From a bacterium (GTDB lineage Bacteria; Patescibacteriota; Microgenomatia; Daviesbacterales; UBA10151): 64,000 bases of DNA. A program made the translations under genes and the position numbers. Below the pieces are notes generated by a model that saw nothing but the letters and a program-made list of their open reading frames with translations, was not told the DNA's origin and searched no databases. Below are positions 1-11,581 of the stretch, piece by piece. Each line of letters starts with the position of its first letter. Within the stretch, counting starts at the first letter, position 1. The DNA lies in assembly GCA_021786315.1 (NCBI GenBank), contig JAJYNN010000002.1, forward strand, positions 398,997-462,996, read 5' to 3'.

Positions 1-327
1 GGATGGTTTATTAGTATCGATACCGTCCAAACTACCAGTGGGTCCGATTCGATGGTGAGCCTGGCGGGCAATGTCGACTAATCCAGAATGGATCCAGCCA
101 TCTTCTTCGCTATAAGCTCCTACTAACTTTGCCCGATCGCTCATTTCGTTAATACCAAAATTATATCCGTAGTAAGCCAAAACCATCCTCAGTGAAGTTA
201 ACCCGCAAGCCTTGCGCCCGTAAAGGTTTAAGGCATCTTCTTCTTGTTGTGAATAATATGGAATTTGTAAATCCACTTTCGTTTTTGGCTCCTGCTGATC
301 TCTGCTTTCAGCTTCAAATTTCAGCAT
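1..327 (-). CDS. Peptidase C39-like protein, runs off the window start
   Basis: Hand translation from ATG 327: MLKFEAES...IPYYSQ...KACGLTSLRMVLAYYG, the PYYxQ/CG pattern of C39-like papain folds. Not in the ORF track. Confidence 0.75.
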   Translation of the reverse strand, partial: MLKFEAESRDQQEPKTKVDLQIPYYSQQEEDALNLYGRKACGLTSLRMVLAYYGYNFGINEMSDRAKLVGAYSEEDGWIHSGLVDIARQAHHRIGPTGSLDGIDTNKPS

Positions 328-992
328 GTTTTTTTCTCTTTCTCCCATAATAATGCTTTCAGTCTTCTAATGCCATCACCTTCGTCACAGTTATAGCTAA
401 AAGACTCTAAGTCTTCCGGAAGCTGGCCATTAATAATCCGGTCAGTATGCACTCCGTTTGTTTGGGTGACTCCGCTTGAATGAGCGTAGGTTATTATACT
501 ATCTTTTGTCTCCAAAATGACAACTGTGTGTAAAATATCACCGGTGCTGTTGAGCTTGATAAAATCCCCCGGCTGGATTTCGCTAAAGCTGGAAACAGGG
601 ATGCTAAATTCATCCGAGGCAAGTTTGGCTACATTAGTCCGGCCAACGTGTGGCAGCCCAAAGGCTTCTAAATTTTTGCCTTTGGCTTCCTGGACAAGAT
701 AATTGAGCATCCGGTAAGCAAAACCGGAGCAATCGATACCGAGTTTGTTTTTCCGCATAAAATCGCGGATTTCCTCTACTGAAGCTTGATCAAGATCAAA
801 ATTTTGTTCCTTGGCGAGTTTGATGGTGGTTTCTGTTAATACTTCAGGGGAACTTTTGCCCTGGAATTCAGGGCCAATTTTTTGAAAGCTGCCTACCTCA
901 TTCCTTCTGTAAGGAGAAGGGACCCTTTTCCCGCCCAAAGGAAGCAGGAATTGGTCATAAGCTTCCCAAAGGATTTTAGAGTAATCTGACAT
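321..992 (-). CDS. NlpC/P60-like (C40) cysteine hydrolase
   Basis: GIDCSGF motif, later PGD, His (HTVVI) and AHSS. Confidence 0.7.
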   Translation of the reverse strand: MSDYSKILWEAYDQFLLPLGGKRVPSPYRRNEVGSFQKIGPEFQGKSSPEVLTETTIKLAKEQNFDLDQASVEEIRDFMRKNKLGIDCSGFAYRMLNYLVQEAKGKNLEAFGLPHVGRTNVAKLASDEFSIPVSSFSEIQPGDFIKLNSTGDILHTVVILETKDSIITYAHSSGVTQTNGVHTDRIINGQLPEDLESFSYNCDEGDGIRRLKALLWEKEKKTC

Positions 993-1001
993 GCGGATAT
1001 T

Positions 1002-1069
1002 ATAGGGCTACCTTTTGACTTCGTCAAAACGATCCTGTAATTTCTCCCCGCATTCGCGGTCGAAATTAT
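1002..1069 (+). repeat. Palindromic repeat family A, copy 1 (both hairpins)
   Basis: ATAGGGCTACC-TTTTGAC-TTC-GTCAAAA-CGATCCTGT-AATTTC...GAAATTAT; conserved flanks recur at 14426, 30462, 35751 and 47804. Confidence 0.9.
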
Positions 1070-1082
1070 AACTTAGTCGAGG

Positions 1083-3041
<1,959 letters not shown>

Positions 3042-3133
3042 TTAATTACCACGGTCTAGCCGTGGTCCCCTTGAAAAACAGTTTATCAGGTAAAGTTGAA
3101 TTTTGCAACTCGGGCATCGCAGATTAGGTTGTC

Positions 3134-3769
3134 CTAATGCGATAAAATGGGCATTTTAAGCATGAGGTATTCCAGGATAGCCCGAATGTTTACATTTTGG
3201 TTGGCCCACTTCTCTGCTTCTAAGATATCCTTGATAAAATCCTTATGTTTTTCTGGTTCCTTTAATAATTGTCCCTGAAAGTAAGCTGCCAAATCTTTTA
3301 AAAATTGGTCTTTTCCATCCAGTTTTTCAATAAATTTAAACCTTTCTTCTGTGCTTGCGCCTAAGAGTTTTTCTATATCCGGAAAATATTTCCCCTCTCC
3401 CCTTTTATCTTTATCCAGGTGAGTAATCTGACAGCGGGAGATAACGGTAGGTAATAATTTATCCTCTGAAGATACTCCCAAGATAATGACTGCCTCTGCC
3501 GGAGGTTCCTCCAAAGTTTTTAAAAAGGCGTTTTGGGCATCCAAAGACAGGTTGTCCGCCTGGATAGCTACAACCGCTTGGGATTTTCCCTGGTAAGGTT
3601 TTAAGGATAAAAACTCTTTGATTTTTCTTACCTGCTCAATCCCCAATTTTTCCTCATCAAGCCATAAAAGGTTGGGGTGGGAACGGCTGAGCCCGTTTTG
3701 TTCCAGGATCAAAGTTGCCTTCTCTTCCCTCTTGGATAAATCAGGATGAATCAGAAGCTGGGAAATCAT
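3134..3769 (-). CDS. holB: DNA polymerase III delta-prime-like subunit, short form
   Basis: IEQVR, AQNAFLKTLEEPP, LLPTVISRC. Confidence 0.85.
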   Translation of the reverse strand: MISQLLIHPDLSKREEKATLILEQNGLSRSHPNLLWLDEEKLGIEQVRKIKEFLSLKPYQGKSQAVVAIQADNLSLDAQNAFLKTLEEPPAEAVIILGVSSEDKLLPTVISRCQITHLDKDKRGEGKYFPDIEKLLGASTEERFKFIEKLDGKDQFLKDLAAYFQGQLLKEPEKHKDFIKDILEAEKWANQNVNIRAILEYLMLKMPILSH

Positions 3770-3812
3770 TGCCCAGATTATATATCATCTTAATCTGTTA
3801 CAGAGAGTCCCA

Positions 3813-3866
3813 TTGACCCGTTCGATCATACTCAGGGTCAATCCTGAACTTGTTGAAGGATTGACA
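3813..3866. repeat. REP-like double-hairpin element (type B)
   Basis: TTGACCC..GGGTCAA and TCAATCCT..AGGATTGA inverted pairs. Confidence 0.55.
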
Positions 3867-3890
3867 CCTCTTTCCATATCTGAACATAAT
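3861..3890 (+). promoter_or_regulatory. Sigma70-type promoter of the pil operon
   Basis: TTGACA-18 nt-CATAAT upstream of pilB. Confidence 0.55.
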
Positions 3891-3901
3891 GGAATAAATA
3901 G

Positions 3902-3996
3902 GAATTAAGAATTCAGAATTATGAATTAAGAATATTTGGCTTTAAGTCCATTTGGATGGATTTTATTCTGCATTCTGAACTCTACATTCTAGATTC
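3902..3996 (+). repeat. Paired inverted heptamer arrays in the pilB leader
   Basis: GAAT at 3902/09/16/23/30; ATTC (one ACTC) at 3965/72/79/86/93. Confidence 0.85.
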
Positions 3997-4002
3997 ACAT
4001 TT

Positions 4003-5706
4003 ATGGCACAGCCTGCTCAGTTTGGTATTGAAGATGTCTTATTCAAACAGGGTTTGTTAACCGCAAACCAGCTTTCTTCGATAAAGCTCGAGGCAATCAA
4101 TAGTGGCCAGTCTGCTGAGCAAATTATTGAATCCCATCAGTTAGTGCCTCCGGCTAAGATGGCAGCCGCCCGGTCTCAGCTTTTGGGTGTCCCCTTTATT
4201 AACCTGGAAGGCAAAGCTATTTCCCCTGAGGTTTTAAATTATATTCCTGAAGCCGTAGCTCGCCGTTACCGCTTGGTACCCTTTGACCGTAAAGCCGACA
4301 AGCTTTTTGTAGCTATGGCTGATCCTTTAGATCTCCAGGTTATCCAATTCATTGAGAAAAAATCCGGACTTTTTGTTAAGCCTTACCTGGCGGTTCCGGA
4401 AGATATCTTAAAGGCTGTCTCTGACCAGTACTCCCAGAACTTAACCAGTGAAGTTACCTCTGCCCTGAAGGAAGTAAACTCGATGCAGGCGCCGCACCAG
4501 GAGACTCCGGAAGAAAAGGCCGAGGTCCTTAAAGAGGCGCCGGTTGCCAACATTATCACCCAGCTTTTGGAATATGCTGTTAAGTCCCACGCTTCCGATA
4601 TTCATATCGAGCCTTTGGAGGATAAAACCCGTGTCCGTTACCGGATTGACGGTATTTTGCATGAAAAAGTGATTTTGCCCCGGGGAGTGCATGAGGCGGT
4701 AATTTCCAGGATTAAAATCTTGTCCAACTTAAAGATTGAGGAAAAGAGGTTGCCGCAAGACGGACGTTTTAGCTATACCTCCGGCAAATCTGTGTTTGAC
4801 CTCCGTGTTTCCACTGTCCCTACTATTTACGGTGAAAAGGTAGTGATGAGGTTGCTTCCTAAAAGTACTGTTGCTCCGACTCTGCAGGAGCTGGGACTGC
4901 GGGGTGTGGCTTTGAAAAACCTGGAATTTCAAATTACCCGGCCCCATGGAATCATCTTAATCTGTGGTCCTACAGGTTCCGGTAAAACCACTACCCTCTA
5001 CTCGATCCTGACTAAACTCTCTACCACTAAGGTTAACCTGGTCACTATTGAGGATCCGGTTGAGTACCAGATTCCCGGTGCAAACCAGGTCCAGGCCAAC
5101 CCTCAAATTGGTTTGACTTTTGCCCAAGCCCTCAGGTCTTTCCTGCGGCAAGACCCGAACGTTATCCTGGTGGGAGAGATTCGTGATGCGGAAACTGCCG
5201 ATTTGGCTATTCAGGCAGCCCTCACCGGCCACGAAGTGTTTTCTACCCTGCACACTAATACTGCCTCCGGTGCTCTCCCCAGGCTTTTAGATATGGGGAT
5301 GGAGCCATTCCTTTTAGCTTCCTCTATCAATGCCGTTGTCGGGCAGAGAATTTTAAGAAAGGTTTGCCAGACCTGTAAAGCGCCGTTTACTCCTCCGCCG
5401 GAGGTTGCCGACAATATCCGGAAAGTTTTAGGGAATCTGGTGCCTGCTAATAAACCAATTACTTTGTACAAAGGAGTCGGTTGCGCCAGTTGCGGGCATG
5501 TCGGTTACTCGGGCCGAATTGGAATTTTTGAGGCTCTGATTGTAACCCCTAAAATTATGAAGATGATTTTGGAGCGGACTTCTGCCCAGGAGATAGAAAC
5601 TGAGGCGATATCGGAGGGAATGATTACCTTAAAACAGGATGGGTACTTGAAGGCCTTAGAAGGCGTTACTACTTTAGAGGAGGTACTAAGGGTCGCCGAG
5701 GATTAA
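4003..5706 (+). CDS. pilB: Type IV pilus assembly ATPase PilB (GspE family)
   Basis: N-terminal GspE_N domain, ASDIHIEP, GPTGSGKTT, TIEDPVE, LRQDPNVILVGEIRD, Zn-binding CxxC pairs. Confidence 0.95.
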   Translation: MAQPAQFGIEDVLFKQGLLTANQLSSIKLEAINSGQSAEQIIESHQLVPPAKMAAARSQLLGVPFINLEGKAISPEVLNYIPEAVARRYRLVPFDRKADKLFVAMADPLDLQVIQFIEKKSGLFVKPYLAVPEDILKAVSDQYSQNLTSEVTSALKEVNSMQAPHQETPEEKAEVLKEAPVANIITQLLEYAVKSHASDIHIEPLEDKTRVRYRIDGILHEKVILPRGVHEAVISRIKILSNLKIEEKRLPQDGRFSYTSGKSVFDLRVSTVPTIYGEKVVMRLLPKSTVAPTLQELGLRGVALKNLEFQITRPHGIILICGPTGSGKTTTLYSILTKLSTTKVNLVTIEDPVEYQIPGANQVQANPQIGLTFAQALRSFLRQDPNVILVGEIRDAETADLAIQAALTGHEVFSTLHTNTASGALPRLLDMGMEPFLLASSINAVVGQRILRKVCQTCKAPFTPPPEVADNIRKVLGNLVPANKPITLYKGVGCASCGHVGYSGRIGIFEALIVTPKIMKMILERTSAQEIETEAISEGMITLKQDGYLKALEGVTTLEEVLRVAED

Positions 5707-5709
5707 ACA

Positions 5710-6768
5710 ATGAACATCCAACAACTGCTCGATTTGGCAATTACCCGTAATGCTTCTGATTTGCATTTAGTTGTGGGTTACCCGCCAATGCTAAGAATCC
5801 ACGGAGGCTTATCCCCCATTGCCGGAACACCGGTACTCACAGATGCGGAGATGGCGGCTTTGGTTTTGTCAGTGCTTACCCCTGTCCAAAAGCAGGTTTT
5901 GGAAAGTACTTTTGAACTTGATTTTGCTATTTCTTTTCAAAACAAAGCCAGGTTTAGGGTCAATGTCTTTAAGGAACAGAACCATCTTGCCTCAGCTTTC
6001 CGGCTTATACCCGTGGAGATTCCGGAACTGGAGAGTCTGGGACTTCCCCAGGTTATCTCCCGGTTAACAAACTTGCGCCAAGGTTTGATTTTAGTGACCG
6101 GCCCTACCGGCCATGGTAAGTCCACAACTTTGGCATCCATGATCAACCGGATAAATATGACCAGAAGATCCCATATTATCACCATTGAAGACCCTATTGA
6201 GTATGTTTACCCCAAAGCTAACGCTTTAATTTCCCAAAGGGAGATGTATCTTGACACTAAGACCTGGCCTAACGCTTTGCGGGCGGCTCTTCGTGAAGAC
6301 CCGGATGTGGTGTTGGTTGGCGAAATGCGTGATTATGAAACTATCGCCTCGACCATCACCATTGCCGAGACCGGCCATTTGGTCCTGGCTACCCTGCACA
6401 CGAATTCAGCAGCCCAGTCCGTGGACCGTATTATTGACGTTTTCCCGGAAAACCAACAGCCGCAGATTAGGATGCAGCTTTCCGCGGTGCTGGAAGCAAT
6501 TCTTTCCCAAAGGCTTATTCCGACAATTATCCCGGGACGGGTTTTGGCTGCTGAGCTGCTGCTGAAAACTCCGGCGTTATCCGAACTCATCAGAAGCTCA
6601 AAAACCCACCTTATAGATAACTTAATCCAAACATCGGGAGAGCTGGGAATGATTAATTTGGAAACGTCACTGGCGAAACTGGTTAAGGAAGGCAAAATAG
6701 CTATGGAGGTAGCTCAGAACTACTCGCTTAGGCCGGATTTATTAGCGAAGTTGATCGGAGGTATGTAG
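5710..6768 (+). CDS. pilT: Type IV pilus retraction ATPase PilT
   Basis: ASDLHL, GPTGHGKSTT, ALREDPDVVLVGEMRD, ELIRS helix. Confidence 0.95.
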   Translation: MNIQQLLDLAITRNASDLHLVVGYPPMLRIHGGLSPIAGTPVLTDAEMAALVLSVLTPVQKQVLESTFELDFAISFQNKARFRVNVFKEQNHLASAFRLIPVEIPELESLGLPQVISRLTNLRQGLILVTGPTGHGKSTTLASMINRINMTRRSHIITIEDPIEYVYPKANALISQREMYLDTKTWPNALRAALREDPDVVLVGEMRDYETIASTITIAETGHLVLATLHTNSAAQSVDRIIDVFPENQQPQIRMQLSAVLEAILSQRLIPTIIPGRVLAAELLLKTPALSELIRSSKTHLIDNLIQTSGELGMINLETSLAKLVKEGKIAMEVAQNYSLRPDLLAKLIGGM

Positions 6769-6772
6769 CTTT

Positions 6773-7981
6773 ATGCCCATTTATAGTTATGTAGCCAAAG
6801 ATTTGCAGGGTGAATATCATAAAGGCGAGGTTGAGACAGCCGACGAGTACCAGGGCGCCCAACTTTTAAGAAGGAAGAAACTGATTGTTATCTCTCTTAA
6901 AGCCAAATCCCAAAACCAGAAGAAATTTCTGGAAAAACTATTATTCAGGGTTTCTTTTGCTGATGTGGTTATTATGACCCGGCAATTGGCCACCATGATT
7001 CAGGCGGGGTTGGTTTTATCCGAAGCTTTGGATATTCTTGAGGAACAGCAAACCAATAAAAAATTTAAGGAAGTTTTAGGGAAGATTTCTTCGGATGTTA
7101 AAGGAGGTTTGGATTTTGCAACCGCCATCGAAAAACACCCCGATGTCTTTCCCAGTCTTTACAGTAAATTAGTCCGTGCCGGACAGGCTTCCGGAAAGAT
7201 GGATACAATCCTGTTGGAGTTGGCAGCGAACCTGGAAAAAGAACGAAGCTTCAAAAGTAAGGTTCGGGGAGCCATGATTTATCCTATTGTGGTTATTACC
7301 ATGATGTTTGCCGTGATGCTCATTATGGTTTTCTTTGTTATGCCAAAGCTTATGAGCTTGTATAGTGAATCAGGCATCGATCTCCCCCTGCCTACCAAGA
7401 TTATGTTGGCATTTGCCAACTTAGCCATTAACTTTTGGTGGTTGGGAATAATCATTGCTGTTATGGTGGTTGCCGGAGTCAGGCGTTTTCTCTCTACTCC
7501 CACAGGGAGGCTATTTTTTGACAAAATGATACTCAAGATCCCGGTTGTCGGTAAGGTTACATCCTTGGTTATCCTGACAAATTTTACCAGGACTTTTGGT
7601 TTACTTGTTGCTTCAGGTTTACCCATGCTGGAATCAATTAAAATTGTGAGCAATATTGTTGGAAACCTGGCTTTTAAGGAAAGTTTGGATGTGGCTTACA
7701 AAGGTGTGGAAAGAGGTTTGACTTTTTCCAGCCAGCTGATGGCTTTGCCGGTGTTTCCCAGAATTATTGGCCAGATGATAAAAACTGGTGAAGAAACCGG
7801 AAAACTGGATGACATTGTTTTCCGTTTAGCCGACTACTTTGAATCTGAAGCGGACAATGCTTTAAAGAATATTACTACCCTGATTGAACCGATTATTTTG
7901 GTGGTTTTGGGTGTTGGCGTTGCCCTTTTGGTTGTTTCCATAATTCTTCCGATCTATCAATTGACTACGAGTGTGAAATAG
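6773..7981 (+). CDS. pilC: Type IV pilus platform protein PilC (GspF family)
   Basis: TRQLATMIQAG, AMIYP, LPLPT, GEETGKLD, LIEP. Confidence 0.95.
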   Translation: MPIYSYVAKDLQGEYHKGEVETADEYQGAQLLRRKKLIVISLKAKSQNQKKFLEKLLFRVSFADVVIMTRQLATMIQAGLVLSEALDILEEQQTNKKFKEVLGKISSDVKGGLDFATAIEKHPDVFPSLYSKLVRAGQASGKMDTILLELAANLEKERSFKSKVRGAMIYPIVVITMMFAVMLIMVFFVMPKLMSLYSESGIDLPLPTKIMLAFANLAINFWWLGIIIAVMVVAGVRRFLSTPTGRLFFDKMILKIPVVGKVTSLVILTNFTRTFGLLVASGLPMLESIKIVSNIVGNLAFKESLDVAYKGVERGLTFSSQLMALPVFPRIIGQMIKTGEETGKLDDIVFRLADYFESEADNALKNITTLIEPIILVVLGVGVALLVVSIILPIYQLTTSVK

Positions 7982-8058
7982 CCACGCCGGGCTACTTGAC
8001 GAAATTTTTAAACTATGACAACAATGGATTATCTAGCAAAAAAAGGAGGTGAGGAAAA

Positions 8059-8565
8059 TTGAAGAAAACTGCCCGAGGTTTTACACTCGTTGAGCTTCTT
8101 GTAGTTATTGCTATTATCGCCATTTTAGCTGCGGTGGTAGTGTTAATTATTAATCCTATTGAACTTACAAAACGTAGCCGAGATGCAGCCAGACTTACAG
8201 ATTTAGCTAACTTGCAGCAGGCCATTAACGTCGCTGCTCAGGAAGCAACTGCTTCTGGCGCTGCCATTCTTTGTTCAGGGACCACTGCTCCGTGTCAAGG
8301 TGACTCTAAAGCAGATGGCCGTGCCTCTGATGGTAGCGGTTGGGTGAAAGTTAATCTTTCTGCCCAAAAGAGCGTTTCAGTTCCGACTTTGCCAATTGAC
8401 CCGATCAATGACGATACATATAAGTACAGCTATTACTCCGATGGGAATGCATGGGAGATTAATGCCGTGCTTGAGTCAGATCAACAAAAAGGCAAGATGA
8501 GTACTGACGGAGGTAACAATGATAATGCTTACGAGGTCGGTTCAAACCTGACCTTGTTACCATAA
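8059..8565 (+). CDS. Type IV pilin, probable major pilin
   Basis: G/FTLVELLVVIAII class III signal; strong SD AGGAGGTGA with TTG start. Confidence 0.9.
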   Translation: MKKTARGFTLVELLVVIAIIAILAAVVVLIINPIELTKRSRDAARLTDLANLQQAINVAAQEATASGAAILCSGTTAPCQGDSKADGRASDGSGWVKVNLSAQKSVSVPTLPIDPINDDTYKYSYYSDGNAWEINAVLESDQQKGKMSTDGGNNDNAYEVGSNLTLLP

Positions 8566-8566
8566 T

Positions 8567-9466
8567 ATGATACCGGCAGTCTTTGGGTTTGTATTAGGAG
8601 CGGTTTTAGGAAGCTTTATTCAAGCAACTGCCGGTAGGATAATTTCTGGAAAAACGTTGAGGGGAAGGTCGTATTGTCTAAGTTGTAAGCATACCCTTAG
8701 GTGGTACGACCTCTTTCCGGTTTTGTCTTATTTAACACTGCGCGGCAGATGCCGCTATTGCCACAAAAGGATTCCGGTTGAGGATTTTTTAGTAGAGATA
8801 ATTATAGCAACGGTTTATGCTCTTCTTTTTTGGGTGAATGTTCCTCAAAGTATTATTTATAACTTCCAACCGGGTTTGTCTTTTACTCTATTCCTTTTAG
8901 ACTTAATTTTTAAAGTATTTATAACCGGAATATTTGCCTTGGTGTTTCTAATCGACCTTAAGTCGGGTCTGATACCGAATGTGGTCACTTATCCGTCTAC
9001 AGTTATAACGATTGTTTATTTACTGGTCTCAAATTTAGTTAAGACCTTAAGTTTTTATCAGGGTTTTCGGGGAAGCCCGTTGGCGAAATACTTAATGCCT
9101 CCCGAATCCAGCTATGTGTATGACCACCTGCTTCGGATTTGGACGCCGCTCGCCTGGACATCGATTGCAGCTGTCACCATAACTTTGATCTTTGTGCTTT
9201 TAATAGTGGTCACAAAAGGCCGGGGTATGGGTTGGGGTGATGTTAAATATGTTTTCTTATTAGGGTTGGCCTTGGGGTTTCCGGATATTATTCCGGCAAT
9301 CTTTATCGCCTTTTTGTCCGGAGCTGTCTTCTCATTATTCCTAATTTTGTTGAGGAAAAAGACTTTTGGCCAAACTGTACCCTTTGGTCCTTTCTTAAGT
9401 TTAGGCGCGATTATTGCTCTACTTTTTGGCACTCAGATTATCAGGATTTACATAGGGATTTTTTAA
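8567..9466 (+). CDS. pilD: Prepilin peptidase
   Basis: RSYCxxC, GRCRYC, IDLK, GMGWGDVK, PFGPFL. Confidence 0.93.
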   Translation: MIPAVFGFVLGAVLGSFIQATAGRIISGKTLRGRSYCLSCKHTLRWYDLFPVLSYLTLRGRCRYCHKRIPVEDFLVEIIIATVYALLFWVNVPQSIIYNFQPGLSFTLFLLDLIFKVFITGIFALVFLIDLKSGLIPNVVTYPSTVITIVYLLVSNLVKTLSFYQGFRGSPLAKYLMPPESSYVYDHLLRIWTPLAWTSIAAVTITLIFVLLIVVTKGRGMGWGDVKYVFLLGLALGFPDIIPAIFIAFLSGAVFSLFLILLRKKTFGQTVPFGPFLSLGAIIALLFGTQIIRIYIGIF

Positions 9467-9511
9467 AAGGTCTTGACAACTTGTTTGAAAGAATCAATAC
9501 TGGATATATAA

Positions 9512-10009
9512 ATGAAAAAATATCTGCCCAACTCCGCTAAAGGCTTCACCCTCGTTGAAATTCTCGTTGCCATAACTATTATTGCAGTTTTGGCTGCTGT
9601 GGGTATTGTGGTCTTTGGCGGGGTGCAGACTAAAGCCCGGGATGCCAGGAGAAGCCAGGATTTAGATGCAATCGCCAACGCGATTGAAGGTAAGAAACAA
9701 GCCGGAGGCATTTTTTATTCTGGGCTTACTAGCGCTGATTTTTCCAGTGGCTCTATTCCGACTGACCCGAAATCATCAACCCAAAACTATTGTTTCTGGG
9801 GTAAGACCAGTGTTCCTCCTGTAGCTCCAATTACTAAGCCAACTGCTGATTCAGTAACCTGGTCAAATTGTAGCGGTCCAAGCGCCGATTACACTGCAGT
9901 AGTTGGGGCTAACATCCCCGCTGACGCAACTAAAGTTACTTCCTGGACAATTTGCGCCAAACAAGAAGGAGTTACTGGCGGAGTTGAGTGCCGCTACTCC
10001 AAACTTTAA
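9512..10009 (+). CDS. Type IV pilin-like protein
   Basis: G/FTLVE...ARDARR; C-terminal Cys residues. Confidence 0.9.
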   Translation: MKKYLPNSAKGFTLVEILVAITIIAVLAAVGIVVFGGVQTKARDARRSQDLDAIANAIEGKKQAGGIFYSGLTSADFSSGSIPTDPKSSTQNYCFWGKTSVPPVAPITKPTADSVTWSNCSGPSADYTAVVGANIPADATKVTSWTICAKQEGVTGGVECRYSKL

Positions 10010-10023
10010 GCGGTTTAAGTACT

Positions 10024-10458
10024 ATGTATAACGTATTAAGGGGAAATACAAAAAAACAAAGTGGATTTACGCTAGTAGAGTTGATGGTGGCAATTTCTAT
10101 TGTTGCTGTTTTGTCTGCTGTGGGGTTTACACTTTTCCAAAGTACTCAGGCTTCAGCAAGAGATGCCAAGAGACGAGCTGATGTTGATGCGATGTCTACT
10201 GCTTTAGAAACTCACTATAATGCTGAATCCGGAGTCTATGCTGCTCTGGACGATTCTTGGTTTTCTGATAAGAAAATTCCAACTGATCCGCTCAATTCCG
10301 GGGGTTATGCTTATTCAGTAACTATTTCGGGTGATAACTCTTCTTATGTTGATTGTGCAAAACTTGAAAGAGGTGGAGGTAACTACTCTGACCAGGGCGT
10401 GACTCCGGCATCGGGAACGTCAGCCGTTTACTATTGTAAACTTAACCAGCAACAATGA
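10024..10458 (+). CDS. Type IV pilin-like protein
   Basis: G/FTLVELMV, ARDAKR, PTDP; start moved to ATG 10024. Confidence 0.9.
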   Translation: MYNVLRGNTKKQSGFTLVELMVAISIVAVLSAVGFTLFQSTQASARDAKRRADVDAMSTALETHYNAESGVYAALDDSWFSDKKIPTDPLNSGGYAYSVTISGDNSSYVDCAKLERGGGNYSDQGVTPASGTSAVYYCKLNQQQ

Positions 10459-10509
10459 TATATTGACAAAGGAGATAATTAAAGAAATACTTAATATAGA
10501 ACCAAAGAA

Positions 10510-10977
10510 ATGAAAAAATACCTGCCCAAAAACACAAGAACTATTGCTGGTTTTACCCTGATTGAATTGATGGTTGCGATTGCTATTGTGGCAGTCCTTT
10601 CAGCTATTGGGTTAGTTGCTTTTTCTTCTGTCCAAAAGAATTCCCGGGACGCCCGAAGAAGGGCTGAGCTCCAGACCATTGCCTCGGCAATCGAATCAGC
10701 CAAAGATCAGGATGCCGGAACCTTTACTTTTACCGCAGCTAATTTATCTAGCGAATTTCCCGGGAATACCAAAGCTGCAGCAGGAACTGATCCCTCAAGC
10801 TACCCCTACTGTTATAAAACTCCTTTGACGGCAACTAATCCGGCAGCCTGGACAACAGGTTGTCCTGCTGGCTGGACCGCAATGAGCGGTGGAATTGCTG
10901 CTGCTGCATCTTGGACAGTTTGTACCAGTCTTGAGGCCAGCAGTACAACCTTCTGTATTTCCAGCCTGACCAGGTAA
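10510..10977 (+). CDS. Type IV pilin-like protein
   Basis: G/FTLIELMV, SRDARR. Confidence 0.9.
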   Translation: MKKYLPKNTRTIAGFTLIELMVAIAIVAVLSAIGLVAFSSVQKNSRDARRRAELQTIASAIESAKDQDAGTFTFTAANLSSEFPGNTKAAAGTDPSSYPYCYKTPLTATNPAAWTTGCPAGWTAMSGGIAAAASWTVCTSLEASSTTFCISSLTR

Positions 10978-11044
10978 TGGTCCTGGAGTACTCTAATTTC
11001 TAACTTGTTTTCTCAAACGTTTACTGGTTATTATAAGTATAGAT

Positions 11045-11581
11045 ATGAATCTGCCTGAAGTATCTAAAAATTCCCGAAGATCCTGTCAAAGTGAAGCCAA
11101 AGGCTTCACTTTGATTGAGCTTATGGTGGCAATTTCTATTATTGCCCTGTTGTCTATTATTGCCCTGTCTGCATTTTCCAGTGTTCAAAAAAGTTCACGG
11201 GATGCAAAGAGGAAATCAGACTTGGGGACCGTCCGGGGAGCTTTAGAACAATACCGTGCCGACCAGCACAATTACCCGGTTAGTGGGAATGTCGGCATTG
11301 GCAACCTTTCCAGTTATTTACCTGATAAGGCTTTAACTAATCCTGCAGCCACAGTCACCTATTTGAATAAATACCCCCGTGACCCCAAATATTCTACTGG
11401 CGGCTGCAGTATTTTGCCCTGTTATAAATACTACTATCAGGCATTGCCCAATGGTTGCAATAATACTACGACTACCTGCAACAGTTATTGCCTCTTTGAC
11501 AGCACGGAAAGCAATGGCAATGCAACAATGGATCCGGCTTGCTCCAATGCCATGTTCAATTACTCAATTACTGCACCATGA
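11045..11581 (+). CDS. Type IV pilin-like protein (GspG-like)
   Basis: G/FTLIELMV, ALEQY..YP, PRDP. Confidence 0.9.
   Translation: MNLPEVSKNSRRSCQSEAKGFTLIELMVAISIIALLSIIALSAFSSVQKSSRDAKRKSDLGTVRGALEQYRADQHNYPVSGNVGIGNLSSYLPDKALTNPAATVTYLNKYPRDPKYSTGGCSILPCYKYYYQALPNGCNNTTTTCNSYCLFDSTESNGNATMDPACSNAMFNYSITAP

Noticed and set aside
3048-3066. ACCACGG-TCTAG-CCGTGGT hairpin upstream of gyrB
   Set aside because: Single short palindrome; cannot distinguish operator, repeat or chance.
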